From contig PHAT01000005.1 of assembly GCA_002840435.1 (NCBI GenBank), forward strand, positions 484,460 through 548,459: a stretch of DNA of 64,000 bases, in the 5' to 3' direction. The stretch is from Deltaproteobacteria bacterium HGW-Deltaproteobacteria-6. GTDB taxonomy: Bacteria; Desulfobacterota; Syntrophia; Syntrophales; Smithellaceae. The notes under the pieces are model-generated. The model made no database searches, was not told where the DNA came from, and saw only the letters and a list, made by a program, of their open reading frames with translations. Within the stretch, counting starts at the first letter, position 1; every line of letters begins with the position of its first letter. Of this stretch, positions 9,218-19,267 are shown one piece after another. The translations under genes were made by a program, and so were the position numbers.

Positions 9218-9557
9218 AAATTGTTTCTCCTTCGAAAGTGGATCGGATGGAACGATATTTAATACTTTTAAAACAATCGACCGGAACTGGGCGAACTTTA
9301 TGCTTTGTTCTCCGTTAATTCAAGATTATTTACGATATTTCACATAAAAAAGCAGCAGGAAACAAATGATAATCATCGTTTTAACAGTCATTTTTTGTTT
9401 TATTTACAACGGCCGTTATATGGTTCTTGACGTGCTCTTTCAGGTATGATAACGCCAAAAGGTAATTTTTGAACTGCATCGTCGGATGGTGTAAAACTCA
9501 AACATTACCGAAAAAATAGTTTCGTCATAAAAAACTAAAAATATACAGGAGGAATTT

Positions 9558-10766
9558 ATGAGCAGAGAAGTAGTATTTGTAGAGGGTATCAGGACGGCCT
9601 TTGGAACGCTGGGGAAAACCCTGCGGACAATCCTGGGCGAAGAAATTGCCGGCATGGCTCTGAAAGGTCTTGTCGAAAAATCAAAAGTGATTGAAAAGGG
9701 TGGAGTTGTTGACTGCTGTTTCATGGGATCGGCCATTGGACCGAACACGGCGATCAATGGAGCCCGCTGGCCTGTTTTGGCTTCCGGTCTTCCGCTCAGC
9801 ACATCGGCTTCCTATATTGAAATGCAGTGCGGTTCCGCGATTGACTCCATCAATCACGCCGCCTGGAAAATCCTGGCCGGTCAGGCGGACATCATCATCG
9901 CCGGCGGTTATGAATCTTACAGCAACGCACCGTGCCGTTTCCCGATGACCACGGAACCTTACAAGATGATTCCGCCGCTGCCGATTGCTTTTTCGCAGTC
10001 TCCCACCCGCGACGCCGCAACAATGAACATGGGCCTCACGGCGGAAAAACTCCAGAAGATGTATAACATTTCGCGCGAAGCGCAGGATGAATTCTCTTTC
10101 CGCAGCCAGCAGCGTACCCAGGCAGCCATTGCCTCCGGCTTCTGCGCTCAGGATATCATGCCGATCATGGTTCCGCAGGGAAAGAAACCCCCCATCGAGT
10201 TCAAAGTGGATGAATTCCCCCGCGCCGAAACGACGATGGAAGGCCTTGCGAAACTGCCGCCCGCATTCATTAAAGACGGAACCGTCACCGCTGGCAACTC
10301 TTCCGGACGCAACGACGGCGCAGCCTTCGTTTTGATGATGACCAAGGAAAAAGCTCTGGAACTGGGTTTCAAGCCCTGGGCCAAGTGGCTGGCTGGCGGC
10401 GACTATGGCGTCGATCCCACCATCATGGGTATTGCGCCTGCTTACGCCGTTCCGATGGCGCTCAAACGCGCAGGCATTAAGATGAGCCAGCTCGACGTTA
10501 TCGAATGCAACGAAGCGTTCGCCGTTCAGAACCTCGCGGTGGCCGCGGAACTCGAAAAACAGACCGGTGATAAAGTGGATTTCAATAAATGGAATCCCAA
10601 TGGCGGCGCCATCTCCTACGGTCATCCCAATGGCGCATCCGGCGCCCGTATCTGCATCTTCACCATGCGCGAACTGCAGAAAAAAGGCGGCAAATACGGT
10701 TGCTTCAGTTCCTGCTGCGGCGGCGGTCTGGGTGTAGGAACGGTTATCGAAAACCTGATGGTCTAG
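9558..10766 (+). CDS. thiolase (acetyl-CoA C-acyl/acetyltransferase)
   Basis: 402 aa. Active-site Cys context MQCGSA. NGGAISYGHPNGASGAR and C-terminal CCGGGLG. AGGAGG RBS. Confidence 0.9.
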   Translation: MSREVVFVEGIRTAFGTLGKTLRTILGEEIAGMALKGLVEKSKVIEKGGVVDCCFMGSAIGPNTAINGARWPVLASGLPLSTSASYIEMQCGSAIDSINHAAWKILAGQADIIIAGGYESYSNAPCRFPMTTEPYKMIPPLPIAFSQSPTRDAATMNMGLTAEKLQKMYNISREAQDEFSFRSQQRTQAAIASGFCAQDIMPIMVPQGKKPPIEFKVDEFPRAETTMEGLAKLPPAFIKDGTVTAGNSSGRNDGAAFVLMMTKEKALELGFKPWAKWLAGGDYGVDPTIMGIAPAYAVPMALKRAGIKMSQLDVIECNEAFAVQNLAVAAELEKQTGDKVDFNKWNPNGGAISYGHPNGASGARICIFTMRELQKKGGKYGCFSSCCGGGLGVGTVIENLMV

Positions 10767-10945
10767 TTGTTCACCAGGTCTGGAAAAAACGCAGTATAAA
10801 GTGTAAATACTGATTTCGAATGCCGCCAGGTATACGCCTGGCGGCATTTTTACTTGTGAGATAAAGGTTACCGCGTGACCTTCAGGTTATTAACAGGCCC
10901 CCGCAATCTTATTGCGGCATGCCGCATAGAGAAAGAGGAAAAACT

Positions 10946-12754
10946 ATGGCAGAAAAATTTATCAGCGATCGAAATTTGAAGTTTTTGTTGTATGAGCTAA
11001 ACGACACGGAAGCCCTTTTGAAATATCCCCGTTACGCCGATCACAGCCGGGAAGTTTTCGACATGATCATGGATACGGCGATGAGAATGGGCAAAGATCT
11101 CTTTAAACCCCTTTTCGAGGAAATGGACCGCAAGGGGCCTGAATATGTGAATGGCGAAGTCAAAGTTCATCCCAAGGTCCGTGACATTATGAGGGAATGC
11201 GGCGCGGGCGGCTGGATTGCAGCGACCTTCCCCTACGACCTCGGCGGACAACAACTGCCGTTCACCGTCGGTATCATGGTACCGACGGCCATTTTCGGCG
11301 CGGCCAATTACTCGGCCGCCGTCTATCACGGCCTGACACATGGCGCGGCGGGCCTGATTGTTTCCTACGGCACGCAGGAAATGAAAGATACCTATCTGCC
11401 CAAAATGATTGCCGGCGAATGGCAGGGTACGATGGCGCTGACCGAACCGCAGGCGGGCTCGTCGCTCACCGACCTCACGACCACGGCGACGCCGACGGAT
11501 CAGGGGTACTATAAAATCAAAGGCCAGAAGCTGTTCATATCCGCGGGCGATCATGACGGCGCGGACAATGTCATTCACCTGGCGCTGGTCAGACTCAAAG
11601 ACGCACCTCCCGGCGTCAAAGGCATTTCGCTTTTCATTATTCCGAAGAAGCGCGTGAAGGCCGACGGGTCGCTCGAATTTAACGATGTCAACTGCGCGGG
11701 TATTTATCACAAGCTTGGCTACCGCGGCGCGCCCATCACCCAACTGGCTTTCGGTGAAAACGACGACTGCCGGGGCTATCTCGTTGGAGAGGCCAATAAA
11801 GGCCTGGGCTACATGTTCCAGATGATGAACGGCGCCCGGATCGATGTGGGACTGGGAGCCGCCTGTATTTCGTCCGCTGCCTACTATGCTTCTCTGGAAT
11901 ACGCCAGGGAAAGACCGCAGGGACGAAAACTGACCTCCAAGGATCCGCTGTCCCCCCAGGTCCCGATCATCGAACATGCGGACATCAGGCGCATGCTCTT
12001 GTTTCAACGATCGATTGTGGAAGGGTCGCTGGCGCTGCTGGTCCAATGCGGTCTCTATGAAGATATGGAAGGCGTTACGGAAGGAGAGGAGCATGAAAAC
12101 TACAACCTGCTTCTCGAACTTTTGACGCCGGTTGCCAAAACCTATCCTGCGGAAATGGGCATTCTATCCTGTTCCACGGGCTTGCAGATTCTCGGCGGCT
12201 ACGGATTCTGTGAAGAGTTCCCCCTCGAGCAGCTTTACCGCGACGTGCGCATTCACACGATTCATGAAGGCACCACCGGCATTCAGGGTATGGATTTACT
12301 GGGCCGCAAAATGATGATGAAGAAAGGCAAGGCCGCCCAATTGTATATAGCGGAAGTGCGCAAAGCCATCAAAGAGGCTGAAGGCGATGCGGAGTTAAAG
12401 CCATTTGCTGAAAAGATGACAGCGGCTTTGGCGCAGTTGGAAAAAGTTACTGCGCATCAGTTTGCCATAGCCGCCAAACAGGGTCCGGAAATGTTCCTGG
12501 CCGACGCGACGCTGTATCTGGAATTTTTCAGCATTATCGCCATCGGCTGGCAGTGGCTCCGTCAGGCGGCTTACGCCAGAAAGGCTCTGGAAAAGGGAGC
12601 CGGCGAGGCGGATACGAATTTCTATAACGGTAAACTTGTTACGTGCCGCTACTTCTTCGGTTATGAACTGCCGAAGATCGAAGGTTTGGCTGAACGCCTC
12701 CTAAACGGCGATGGTCTAACAGTGACCATGAAAAACGAATATTTCGAAGATTAG
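10946..12754 (+). CDS. long acyl-CoA dehydrogenase (FadE-type with extra C-terminal domain)
   Basis: About 600 aa. ACAD motifs (TEPQAGSSLTDL, GGYGFCEEFPLEQLYRDVRIHTIHEGTTGIQ). The ATG at 10946 has an AGAGGA RBS; the ORF opens at 10919. Confidence 0.9.
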   Translation: MAEKFISDRNLKFLLYELNDTEALLKYPRYADHSREVFDMIMDTAMRMGKDLFKPLFEEMDRKGPEYVNGEVKVHPKVRDIMRECGAGGWIAATFPYDLGGQQLPFTVGIMVPTAIFGAANYSAAVYHGLTHGAAGLIVSYGTQEMKDTYLPKMIAGEWQGTMALTEPQAGSSLTDLTTTATPTDQGYYKIKGQKLFISAGDHDGADNVIHLALVRLKDAPPGVKGISLFIIPKKRVKADGSLEFNDVNCAGIYHKLGYRGAPITQLAFGENDDCRGYLVGEANKGLGYMFQMMNGARIDVGLGAACISSAAYYASLEYARERPQGRKLTSKDPLSPQVPIIEHADIRRMLLFQRSIVEGSLALLVQCGLYEDMEGVTEGEEHENYNLLLELLTPVAKTYPAEMGILSCSTGLQILGGYGFCEEFPLEQLYRDVRIHTIHEGTTGIQGMDLLGRKMMMKKGKAAQLYIAEVRKAIKEAEGDAELKPFAEKMTAALAQLEKVTAHQFAIAAKQGPEMFLADATLYLEFFSIIAIGWQWLRQAAYARKALEKGAGEADTNFYNGKLVTCRYFFGYELPKIEGLAERLLNGDGLTVTMKNEYFED

Positions 12755-12765
12755 CCCGTCATAAA

Positions 12766-12795
12766 ATAGAGGCAGGCCACAGGGCCTGCCTCTAT
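12766..12795 (+). terminator. GC-rich hairpin after the acyl-CoA dehydrogenase gene (terminator-like, no U-tract)
   Basis: ATAGAGGCAGGCC-ACAG-GGCCTGCCTCTAT. Confidence 0.55.
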
Positions 12796-13074
12796 TCCCA
12801 TCTTCTGAAATACGTATTTAAAATTTCTTTTATCCACTTGTTATTTTCCCCGGTTCGTTCATAATCGCCGATCAGTTGATCTGATGATACTGCCGTATAA
12901 AAAATGGTCGGCAGTAATGTTGATAGTATAACATTCTAATATATCAGAATAATCATTTTAGAGATGATTTTACGGATTCGCAATCCGTCTGCACAATAAA
13001 TTGCGCTTGACAGCTTGAAATAATTGCGTTAAACAGCCAGACCTTAATAAAAAGAAGTTCAGGAGGAGATACTT

Positions 13075-13341
13075 TTGGCAACACATAAATCAGCAGAAAA
13101 AAGAGATCGTCAAAGCAAGGTCCGCCGGGAGCGCAATATTGCCGCCAAGTCAGCAATCAAAACCAAAGTTAAAACAGTTCTGGCAGCCGTCGAGGGTAAA
13201 AACAAAGAGAACTCGGTAAATGCTTTGAAAACAGCTGTTCCGGTGCTGGCCAAAGCAGCGTCCAAAGGCCTGATCCACAAGAAAAATGCATCCCGCAAAA
13301 TTTCGCGCTTAACCAAGAAAGTTAATGCCCTTCAGGGATAA
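13075..13341 (+). CDS. rpsT: 30S ribosomal protein S20
   Basis: 88 aa beginning ATHKSAEKRDRQS…. TTG start with an AGGAGGA RBS. Confidence 0.95.
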   Translation: MATHKSAEKRDRQSKVRRERNIAAKSAIKTKVKTVLAAVEGKNKENSVNALKTAVPVLAKAASKGLIHKKNASRKISRLTKKVNALQG

Positions 13342-13352
13342 ATTGATATGGA

Positions 13353-13386
13353 CGCGGTCTGTCAAGACAGGCAGGCCGCGTTTTTT
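13353..13386 (+). terminator. rho-independent terminator of rpsT
   Basis: CGCGGTCTG (13353-13361) pairs with CAGGCCGCG (13372-13380) with one G-U pair, then TTTTTT. Confidence 0.8.
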
Positions 13387-13418
13387 AATTTTCGCATCTT
13401 TTCCGCAAGTAATGCTTC

Positions 13419-14231
13419 CTACGCAAAAGACTTTTCGCCTACAGCCTTAAAAAAAGTATAGCAAAAGACGCCGTCGTCTCCGGTCGTTCTGTGCAGATCC
13501 CTGATTCCCTGATCGAATATATCCTGCTCCAGAAGGCCTGCCTGAAGAGCGGGAGCGCGTATGCCCTCAATCATGGCGGTGAAAGTTTTTTTTGTGAATC
13601 CTTCCACAAGCTCCGGTTTGCCGGAATCGACATAGACCATCCGGGGAGAGACGCGAACCGGATGGAAACCCGCACTGCTGAGCAGGGGATAAAGCTCCCG
13701 TCCGATCATGGCATTGCCCCCGGCCCGGCGCTGCAGCTCAACCTGACACTGAATTGCCCTGTGCGCCGCATCACTTGCCGGATGAAAATAGGCTGAACCG
13801 TGATCCCCCTCGATGACCGTGATGGTTCCTCCTTTTTTGAGAACCCGCTTTAAAGCGAAGAGTGCCTCCCGGGGATTCGTGAGATGCTCCAGAACGAAAC
13901 AGATAAAGACATGGTCAAAAGACTCCGCTGCGAACGGCAGATTAAAGATATCCGCCTGCTGGAATTGCACGTTCGTAAGCCCCGTGTCGGCTGCCTTTCG
14001 TTTGGCTTCGGCAATGGAAACTTCCGATATATCCACGGATGTGATCAGCGTGGCCGGACTGTTTTGGGCGAGTGTGACGGTTTGCGCCGCCACGCCGCAA
14101 CCTGCCTCCAGCACGCGGCTTCCCGCCGGATACACCGTATCGGCATGCAGTAATTCTACCAGTGTCGAAGCCTGGTCCTGTAGTCGAATATTTTCTTTTG
14201 GGTCATAACCGTGAACGTAGTGATTCTTCAT
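13419..14231 (-). CDS. class I SAM-dependent methyltransferase
   Basis: 270 aa. SAM motif VLEAGCGVA plus DHVFICFVLEH. The start overlaps the upstream gene's stop (ATGA). Confidence 0.8.
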   Translation of the reverse strand: MKNHYVHGYDPKENIRLQDQASTLVELLHADTVYPAGSRVLEAGCGVAAQTVTLAQNSPATLITSVDISEVSIAEAKRKAADTGLTNVQFQQADIFNLPFAAESFDHVFICFVLEHLTNPREALFALKRVLKKGGTITVIEGDHGSAYFHPASDAAHRAIQCQVELQRRAGGNAMIGRELYPLLSSAGFHPVRVSPRMVYVDSGKPELVEGFTKKTFTAMIEGIRAPALQAGLLEQDIFDQGIRDLHRTTGDDGVFCYTFFKAVGEKSFA

Positions 14232-15349
14232 GATTTACCGCGCTTGCCGTGACAGGGGCAGACTGCCCCTGATTTATTGTTTCCGTCTTTAAGGTTCTTT
14301 GGGGAAGTCCCCGGGTTTGGAGACAGGAAGGTGTTAACCATTTTTTTCAGATTATCCTGATCGCAAAAAAAAGCAAAATGTCCGCATGTCCCGTCCAGTT
14401 CGGACGATTCAGCTCCGGCCAGGCGGGCAAAAGCGATAGCATCGTCTTTCCCGATGATCTGATCCTGAGGGGATGTGATCACCAGGAACCTTGCCCTTAT
14501 TGATGTAGCTGCTTTTTCGCGTGATCCGCCAAAGTTGATCAGGATATCATGCGTCAGGATGGCCTTGACCTGCGAGGTCCAGTTCCGGGCGTCGTATCGG
14601 GAAATATTTTCCTGCTGCTTGGCCAGAAATGCGGGAAAGTCGGCCGGACTGGTTTTGTTTGTGCGGTACTCGCGCGTCCAGGCCTGCATGATGTGCAGGG
14701 GTGCGAGAGTCTTCATGGCGGCTGCGTTTCCCTTGCACTCCCCGACATTTTCCAGAATCCCCAGCTGGGCTGACCAGAAAAGCATATCATGGGATGTTAT
14801 CCAGGGGCTTCCCAGAATGGGAACAGCCTGATCCATAAAGTCGGGGTAGGACACCACCCATTGAAAGGTCTGCAGGGCGCCCATTGAAATGCCGGTTACG
14901 GCGCGGATGTGCCGGATGTTCAGATGTTCGGTCAACAGTATATACTGGGCGCGGACCATATCGCGGATGCTGAATAAGGGGAAAGACTGGCCTGGTTGTG
15001 TTGGGCTGTTGGACGGTGATGATGACCGGCCGTTGCCCAATGCGTCGACCGCAATGATGAAAAATTTTGAACTGTCAAAGACCTTGCCCGGTCCGATAAA
15101 GCCTAAGTCAACCAGTTCCTGGGCGGTCCCCGCCAACCAGGTCGGAACGAGCACAACATTTGATTTTTCGGCGTTGAGGGTGCCGGCGGTAATGTACGCT
15201 ACGCGGCAATTACGGATAACGCTTCCGTTTTCCAGCTTAAAATCACTCAGATCGGCATAGCGGACAGAGCTCTCCGCCCATGCGCTTCCACAGGCCAGAA
15301 GGATGCCTGCGAGCAAAAATAAAAGGCCGTTCCTGATATCATGTACCAT
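14228..15349 (-). CDS. exported alpha/beta hydrolase, MetX (homoserine O-acetyltransferase)-like fold, with a signal/lipoprotein-type N-terminus
   Basis: Hydrophobic N-terminus with LLAC lipobox-like motif. MetX-like F.LENG…VAY…NVVLVPTW and nucleophile elbow GISMGA. GGAGGG RBS. Confidence 0.7.
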   Translation of the reverse strand: MVHDIRNGLLFLLAGILLACGSAWAESSVRYADLSDFKLENGSVIRNCRVAYITAGTLNAEKSNVVLVPTWLAGTAQELVDLGFIGPGKVFDSSKFFIIAVDALGNGRSSSPSNSPTQPGQSFPLFSIRDMVRAQYILLTEHLNIRHIRAVTGISMGALQTFQWVVSYPDFMDQAVPILGSPWITSHDMLFWSAQLGILENVGECKGNAAAMKTLAPLHIMQAWTREYRTNKTSPADFPAFLAKQQENISRYDARNWTSQVKAILTHDILINFGGSREKAATSIRARFLVITSPQDQIIGKDDAIAFARLAGAESSELDGTCGHFAFFCDQDNLKKMVNTFLSPNPGTSPKNLKDGNNKSGAVCPCHGKRGKS

Positions 15350-15586
15350 TCTTCCCTCCTTGAGTTTCCTTCTCTGCTTTGTGCTTCATGACGTATCGAA
15401 AACGCGACAGTCTGTCAACGGGAAACCGGGCATCCGATGCCCGGCACCGGTAAGGACAAATAAAGTATGGACATTTTGCGGCGTTTAGAAAAGCTTAACG
15501 GAGGATTGGAATTTCTCATATAAAAAACGGTCAAGTGTTTATTTTTCCAACGGTGGAGTTTCAAGAGTTGTGTTTTAATATAGGGT

Positions 15587-15615
15587 TTGACATCACATTC
15601 CTTTATTACTATAAT
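15587..15615 (+). promoter_or_regulatory. perfect sigma70-type consensus promoter TTGACA-17 nt-TATAAT upstream of the MCP gene
   Basis: TTGACA at 15587-15592, a 17-nt spacer, and TATAAT at 15610-15615. It lies about 150 nt upstream of the start codon. Confidence 0.65.
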
Positions 15616-15767
15616 AACAACAACTAAAGGTCTATTCTCAAACGATTTTCTGAAAACATCCTCTTTCGATATCAACATTTGTTTTTAAGGGATTGATCAT
15701 TCTTTTTACCTGCTTTTCGTTGGAACAAAAAACTATTCAGAATCTGTTGATGCCACAGGAGGTTCCT

Positions 15768-17480
15768 ATGAAGAAAAGAAGTCTGCAAAAAAGAATCCTG
15801 CTTCCCATCGTTTTGCTGATTATCATCATTATGGGCGCTTCAACCGCGATTACTTATTTATTGTCCTCCCGCGCATTTAAGGAAGACGCCGTCAGTTCAC
15901 TGGCCATGACCGCTGAGAATAAAGCCGACCTGATTGATGTCTGGGTGGAGGATGCCAAAGGCATGATTGCCACATCAGCCAATAAAACAGAGTTTAAAGA
16001 AGTGTTGAAAAACGACACGGAAGAAACAAGGGCAAAGGCCAATGGCGAATTAGCCGAGCAACTCAAGCACCTCGGTGTCTTCTCGTACATTAACATTGCT
16101 AATACCCAGGGTGAAGTACGGGCATCGACCATAACGGATTCCGTCGGTAAAGTTAAAGTGCCCGACCGGCAGTATTTTCAAAAGGCGATGCAGGGAGAAA
16201 TAAACGTCTCCATGGTTTATCTCGCCAGAACAACGGGCAAGCCGGCATTCGCCATTGCCGCGCCGATTAAAGACGGCGGCACAGTCATCGGCGTTCTGGT
16301 CGGTGTGCCGGACCTGACCAAATTCAGCGAAAAATTTGTCGATCCGGTTAAAATAGGAAACGGGGGCTACCTCTACCTTTTCGACGGATCGGGAATCGTT
16401 TTTGCGCACCGGGACAAATCTCTGATTATGAAACTGAATCTGAAGGATGAAAAATGGGCAAGTGGTATCATTCAAACCGGTAAAGGGCTGGTGTCTTACA
16501 CGTACAAAGGAATTGAGGGTACGGCCTTTCTCGTTCCCTGTAAAAACGTGAACTGGACCACAACCGCAGTCATCCCCACCAGCGAGATACTTTCCCGTTC
16601 CAACTCGATGGCGGTGATCAATCTGGTGCTGCTGGGCCTGGGGCTTATGCTGGTCATAGGTTCCATTTTCTTTATGGTCCGTTCGATTGTCGGACCGATC
16701 AATCAAATAACGGAAGGCCTGCACACCGTTGCAGATCAGGTGGCAACGGGGTCCAGCGAGGTTGCCTCGGCCGGTCAGTCGCTGGCGGATGGCTCGGCCA
16801 GACAGGCGTCAGCGATTGAAGAGACCTCCTCGTCGCTGGAGGAAATGACGGCCATGACCAGGCGAAACGCCGACAACGCCATACAGGCTAAAACCCTGAT
16901 GGCCGAAGCCCGGCATGTTGTGGAACGAGTCGATGAGCATGTCAACAGCATGGCCGCAGCGGTAGGCGAAGTGACACGGTCAAGCGAAGAAACGGGAAAA
17001 ATCATCAAAACCATCGATGAGATTGCATTTCAAACCAACCTGCTGGCTCTTAATGCCGCCGTGGAAGCGGCGCGCGCAGGTGAAGCGGGCGCGGGGTTTG
17101 CGGTGGTGTCCGATGAGGTGCGCAATCTGGCGATCCGCGCCGCCGACGCGGCCCGCAGCACATCTTCTCTGATCGAAAACACCATCACCACGGTACACAA
17201 AAGCCGTGAACTGACGGCGCAAACACAGACGGCTTTCAAGGAGAACATGGAAATTTCCGCCAAGGTCGGAAATCTGGTTGATGAAATTGCGGCGGCCTCA
17301 CAGGAACAGGCTCAGGGAATTGATCAAATCAGTAAAGCCGTAGCGGAAATGGACAAAGTCGTCCAGCAAACGGCGGCCAATGCCGAAGAATCCGCCGGCG
17401 CATCCGAGGAAATGAGCGGTCAAGCCACTCGTATGAAAAAATACGCCGATGATTTGACGGTCATTATTGCCGGCCGCTGA
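15768..17480 (+). CDS. methyl-accepting chemotaxis protein (periplasmic Cache-type sensor, HAMP, MA signalling domain)
   Basis: TM, roughly 270-aa periplasmic domain, TM, then a conserved signalling hairpin ([24 protein letters not shown]). AGGAGG RBS at the ATG 15768; the ORF opens at 15693. Confidence 0.9.
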   Translation: MKKRSLQKRILLPIVLLIIIIMGASTAITYLLSSRAFKEDAVSSLAMTAENKADLIDVWVEDAKGMIATSANKTEFKEVLKNDTEETRAKANGELAEQLKHLGVFSYINIANTQGEVRASTITDSVGKVKVPDRQYFQKAMQGEINVSMVYLARTTGKPAFAIAAPIKDGGTVIGVLVGVPDLTKFSEKFVDPVKIGNGGYLYLFDGSGIVFAHRDKSLIMKLNLKDEKWASGIIQTGKGLVSYTYKGIEGTAFLVPCKNVNWTTTAVIPTSEILSRSNSMAVINLVLLGLGLMLVIGSIFFMVRSIVGPINQITEGLHTVADQVATGSSEVASAGQSLADGSARQASAIEETSSSLEEMTAMTRRNADNAIQAKTLMAEARHVVERVDEHVNSMAAAVGEVTRSSEETGKIIKTIDEIAFQTNLLALNAAVEAARAGEAGAGFAVVSDEVRNLAIRAADAARSTSSLIENTITTVHKSRELTAQTQTAFKENMEISAKVGNLVDEIAAASQEQAQGIDQISKAVAEMDKVVQQTAANAEESAGASEEMSGQATRMKKYADDLTVIIAGR

Positions 17481-17575
17481 TTGTTCAGAGGTTTATATCT
17501 GATCGTGCTTCGCAAAGGCTGGAACGGTTTTTAGCATGCTCAGGCAACCATGCACTGCAAGACCCTTAAAGGGAG

Positions 17576-18712
17576 TCAGGGTTTTTTGCCGATCAGGTCA
17601 ATGATGGTGATTTCCGGCGGGGCAAAGACGCGAATGGGTGGACCCCAGGTGCCGGCGCCCCGGCTGACATAGAGTTGCTTGTTCGGGGCGAGTTCATGCA
17701 AACCGTAGTTTTTAGGAAAATATAGTTTCGTGACCAGTCCGAAAGGAAAAATCTGGCCGCCATGTGTGTGGCCGGAGAGGTGTAAATTGAAATTGGCCCA
17801 TTCATCGATGCGGGGTTGATGCTTTAACAGCAGAACAAAGCCGTCGCGCTTTTCGGACAGAGCCTTTTTAAAAAAATCTCTTTTATTGGAATCGCTCCAT
17901 CTGAGGCCGGTGATGTCGTCCTGACCGAAAATGGTGATGCCTGCCGCCTGTGTGATGTCATCGCGCAGCAGGCGGAAGCCCGCCGCTTCCGTAAAGGCGA
18001 TGGATTTTTCGAGCCCCGCGTAATATTCATGATTGCCGAAAATGGCAAATTTGCCGTAGGGTGCTTTGATCGCATCGAAACGTTTAGCATCCCCCAGGAT
18101 ATTGTCGAGTTCTCCATCGAGGAGATCACCCGTGGAAACCAGAATATCGGGCCGGCATTCCCGGATCCGCTCCAGAAGCGGATTTAAACGGTTGTTGCGG
18201 ATGATGATCCCCACATGCACGTCGGAGATCTGGACGATGCGAAGTTGTCCGTTGCCGGGGAGAAACTGGTTGGTGGTAATTTGCAGATTTCTGACGCGGA
18301 TTCGCTGAGCATCGATGTAACCATAGGCCACGAGGCCTGTGGCCAGAAGCACGGCAATACCGAACGTGGCGGTTTTGAGCGTGAGCGTGCCGGTTTCGGG
18401 AACGATCAACTTGTGGATAATCCGGATCAATTCCAGCGAAATGCTTAAAAAGAAAAAAAGAAAAACAAACGCCATCCAGACATAGCCGGTAATGGCGGCC
18501 AGCTGTGCCAGCTGTTCTTGATGGAGGGATTCCAGTATCCGGACAATGACCGGCGCAAGAATCAGCAGGATGATAAGGATCAGAATCGCACTCTGTAAAA
18601 AACCCGAAAAGTGCAGGATGCTTCTGGCCCGGAAAAAGAAATAAAAATTAATCCCGCCGTAAAGGCATAAAAAGGTTAAAAGAAAAAGAATCATCTTGGC
18701 TTCCATATTCAT
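17576..18712 (-). CDS. membrane-anchored metallophosphoesterase (YkuE-like)
   Basis: Four to five N-terminal TM helices. Motifs ISDVHVG, GDLLDG, GNHEYY and GHTHGGQ. Confidence 0.8.
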   Translation of the reverse strand: MNMEAKMILFLLTFLCLYGGINFYFFFRARSILHFSGFLQSAILILIILLILAPVIVRILESLHQEQLAQLAAITGYVWMAFVFLFFFLSISLELIRIIHKLIVPETGTLTLKTATFGIAVLLATGLVAYGYIDAQRIRVRNLQITTNQFLPGNGQLRIVQISDVHVGIIIRNNRLNPLLERIRECRPDILVSTGDLLDGELDNILGDAKRFDAIKAPYGKFAIFGNHEYYAGLEKSIAFTEAAGFRLLRDDITQAAGITIFGQDDITGLRWSDSNKRDFFKKALSEKRDGFVLLLKHQPRIDEWANFNLHLSGHTHGGQIFPFGLVTKLYFPKNYGLHELAPNKQLYVSRGAGTWGPPIRVFAPPEITIIDLIGKKP

Positions 18713-18828
18713 CAGCTTTATCGGCGAAGCTAAAGGAAAACGAAACAGAAGTCAATCATTAAGGAAGTACAGATTGGTATTGACAAGGGGAATTCCATAA
18801 TATAGATACGACATCTCTTAAATGGATG

Positions 18829-18904
<76 letters not shown>

Positions 18905-19248
18905 TAAAATCATGCAGTTAGCCGATAACAGATACTTCCTTCTATTACCCGCATCAAATTTTTAATCAACCGGCCTTGATAGTTGAATCGACCTCAGGTG
19001 TCAGCATTATTAACCGGCAATACGGTTATTTCGCTGCTGCCGGTGATCTCTGCTGCACGGGTCCGCTTTCAATTTCTGCTGAAATTTACCGTCTTCGTTT
19101 TTGTGCAGTGGTGTCATATCGTTCAACGCCATGAAATTCCCGCAGAGGATGCAGGTGTTCTGTTTTTTCTGCTTTTCTAATGCGTGACGGATCCGGTGAT
19201 GTCTTGATCAGAAAGGCTGAGATGTTATTTACTTGCAATAAAAAAGAG

Positions 19249-19267
19249 CTATGATAAATTATCATAG
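19249..19267. repeat. 19-bp perfect palindrome CTATGATAA-A-TTATCATAG in the long leader of the glycan cluster (operator candidate)
   Basis: Read directly: 9+1+9 nt, self-complementary, about 300 nt upstream of the GT2 start. Confidence 0.5.

Noticed and set aside
9681-10847. 388-aa minus-strand ORF covering the thiolase gene. Similar long antisense ORFs occur at 10997-12094, 32967-34325, 36113-36742 and 40834-42468.
   Set aside because: Each lies exactly antisense to a gene with unmistakable family motifs. Their translations are Arg/Gly/His-rich low-complexity strings without motifs. These are typical shadow ORFs of GC-rich coding DNA.
15350-15767. Possible c-di-GMP (GEMM-I) riboswitch upstream of the MCP or pilus genes. 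SAM-type riboswitches upstream of the DUF39 gene (48397-48530) were also considered.
   Set aside because: I could not find the conserved cores (for example GCACAGGGCAAACC / GACGCAAAGCC for GEMM-I, or SAM-I junction motifs). The tight hairpin CCGGGCATC-C-GATGCCCGG at 15424-15442 stands alone. A covariance-model scan would be needed to be certain.
18983-19180. 65-aa plus-strand ORF, and an opposite-strand frame with CILCG…DPC (zinc-ribbon-like), just after tRNA-Thr.
   Set aside because: The plus-strand ORF has a TTG start, no RBS and a hydrophobic nonsense-like sequence. The minus-strand frame has no start codon before the CxxC motif. At best this is pseudogene debris, so it is not reported as a gene.
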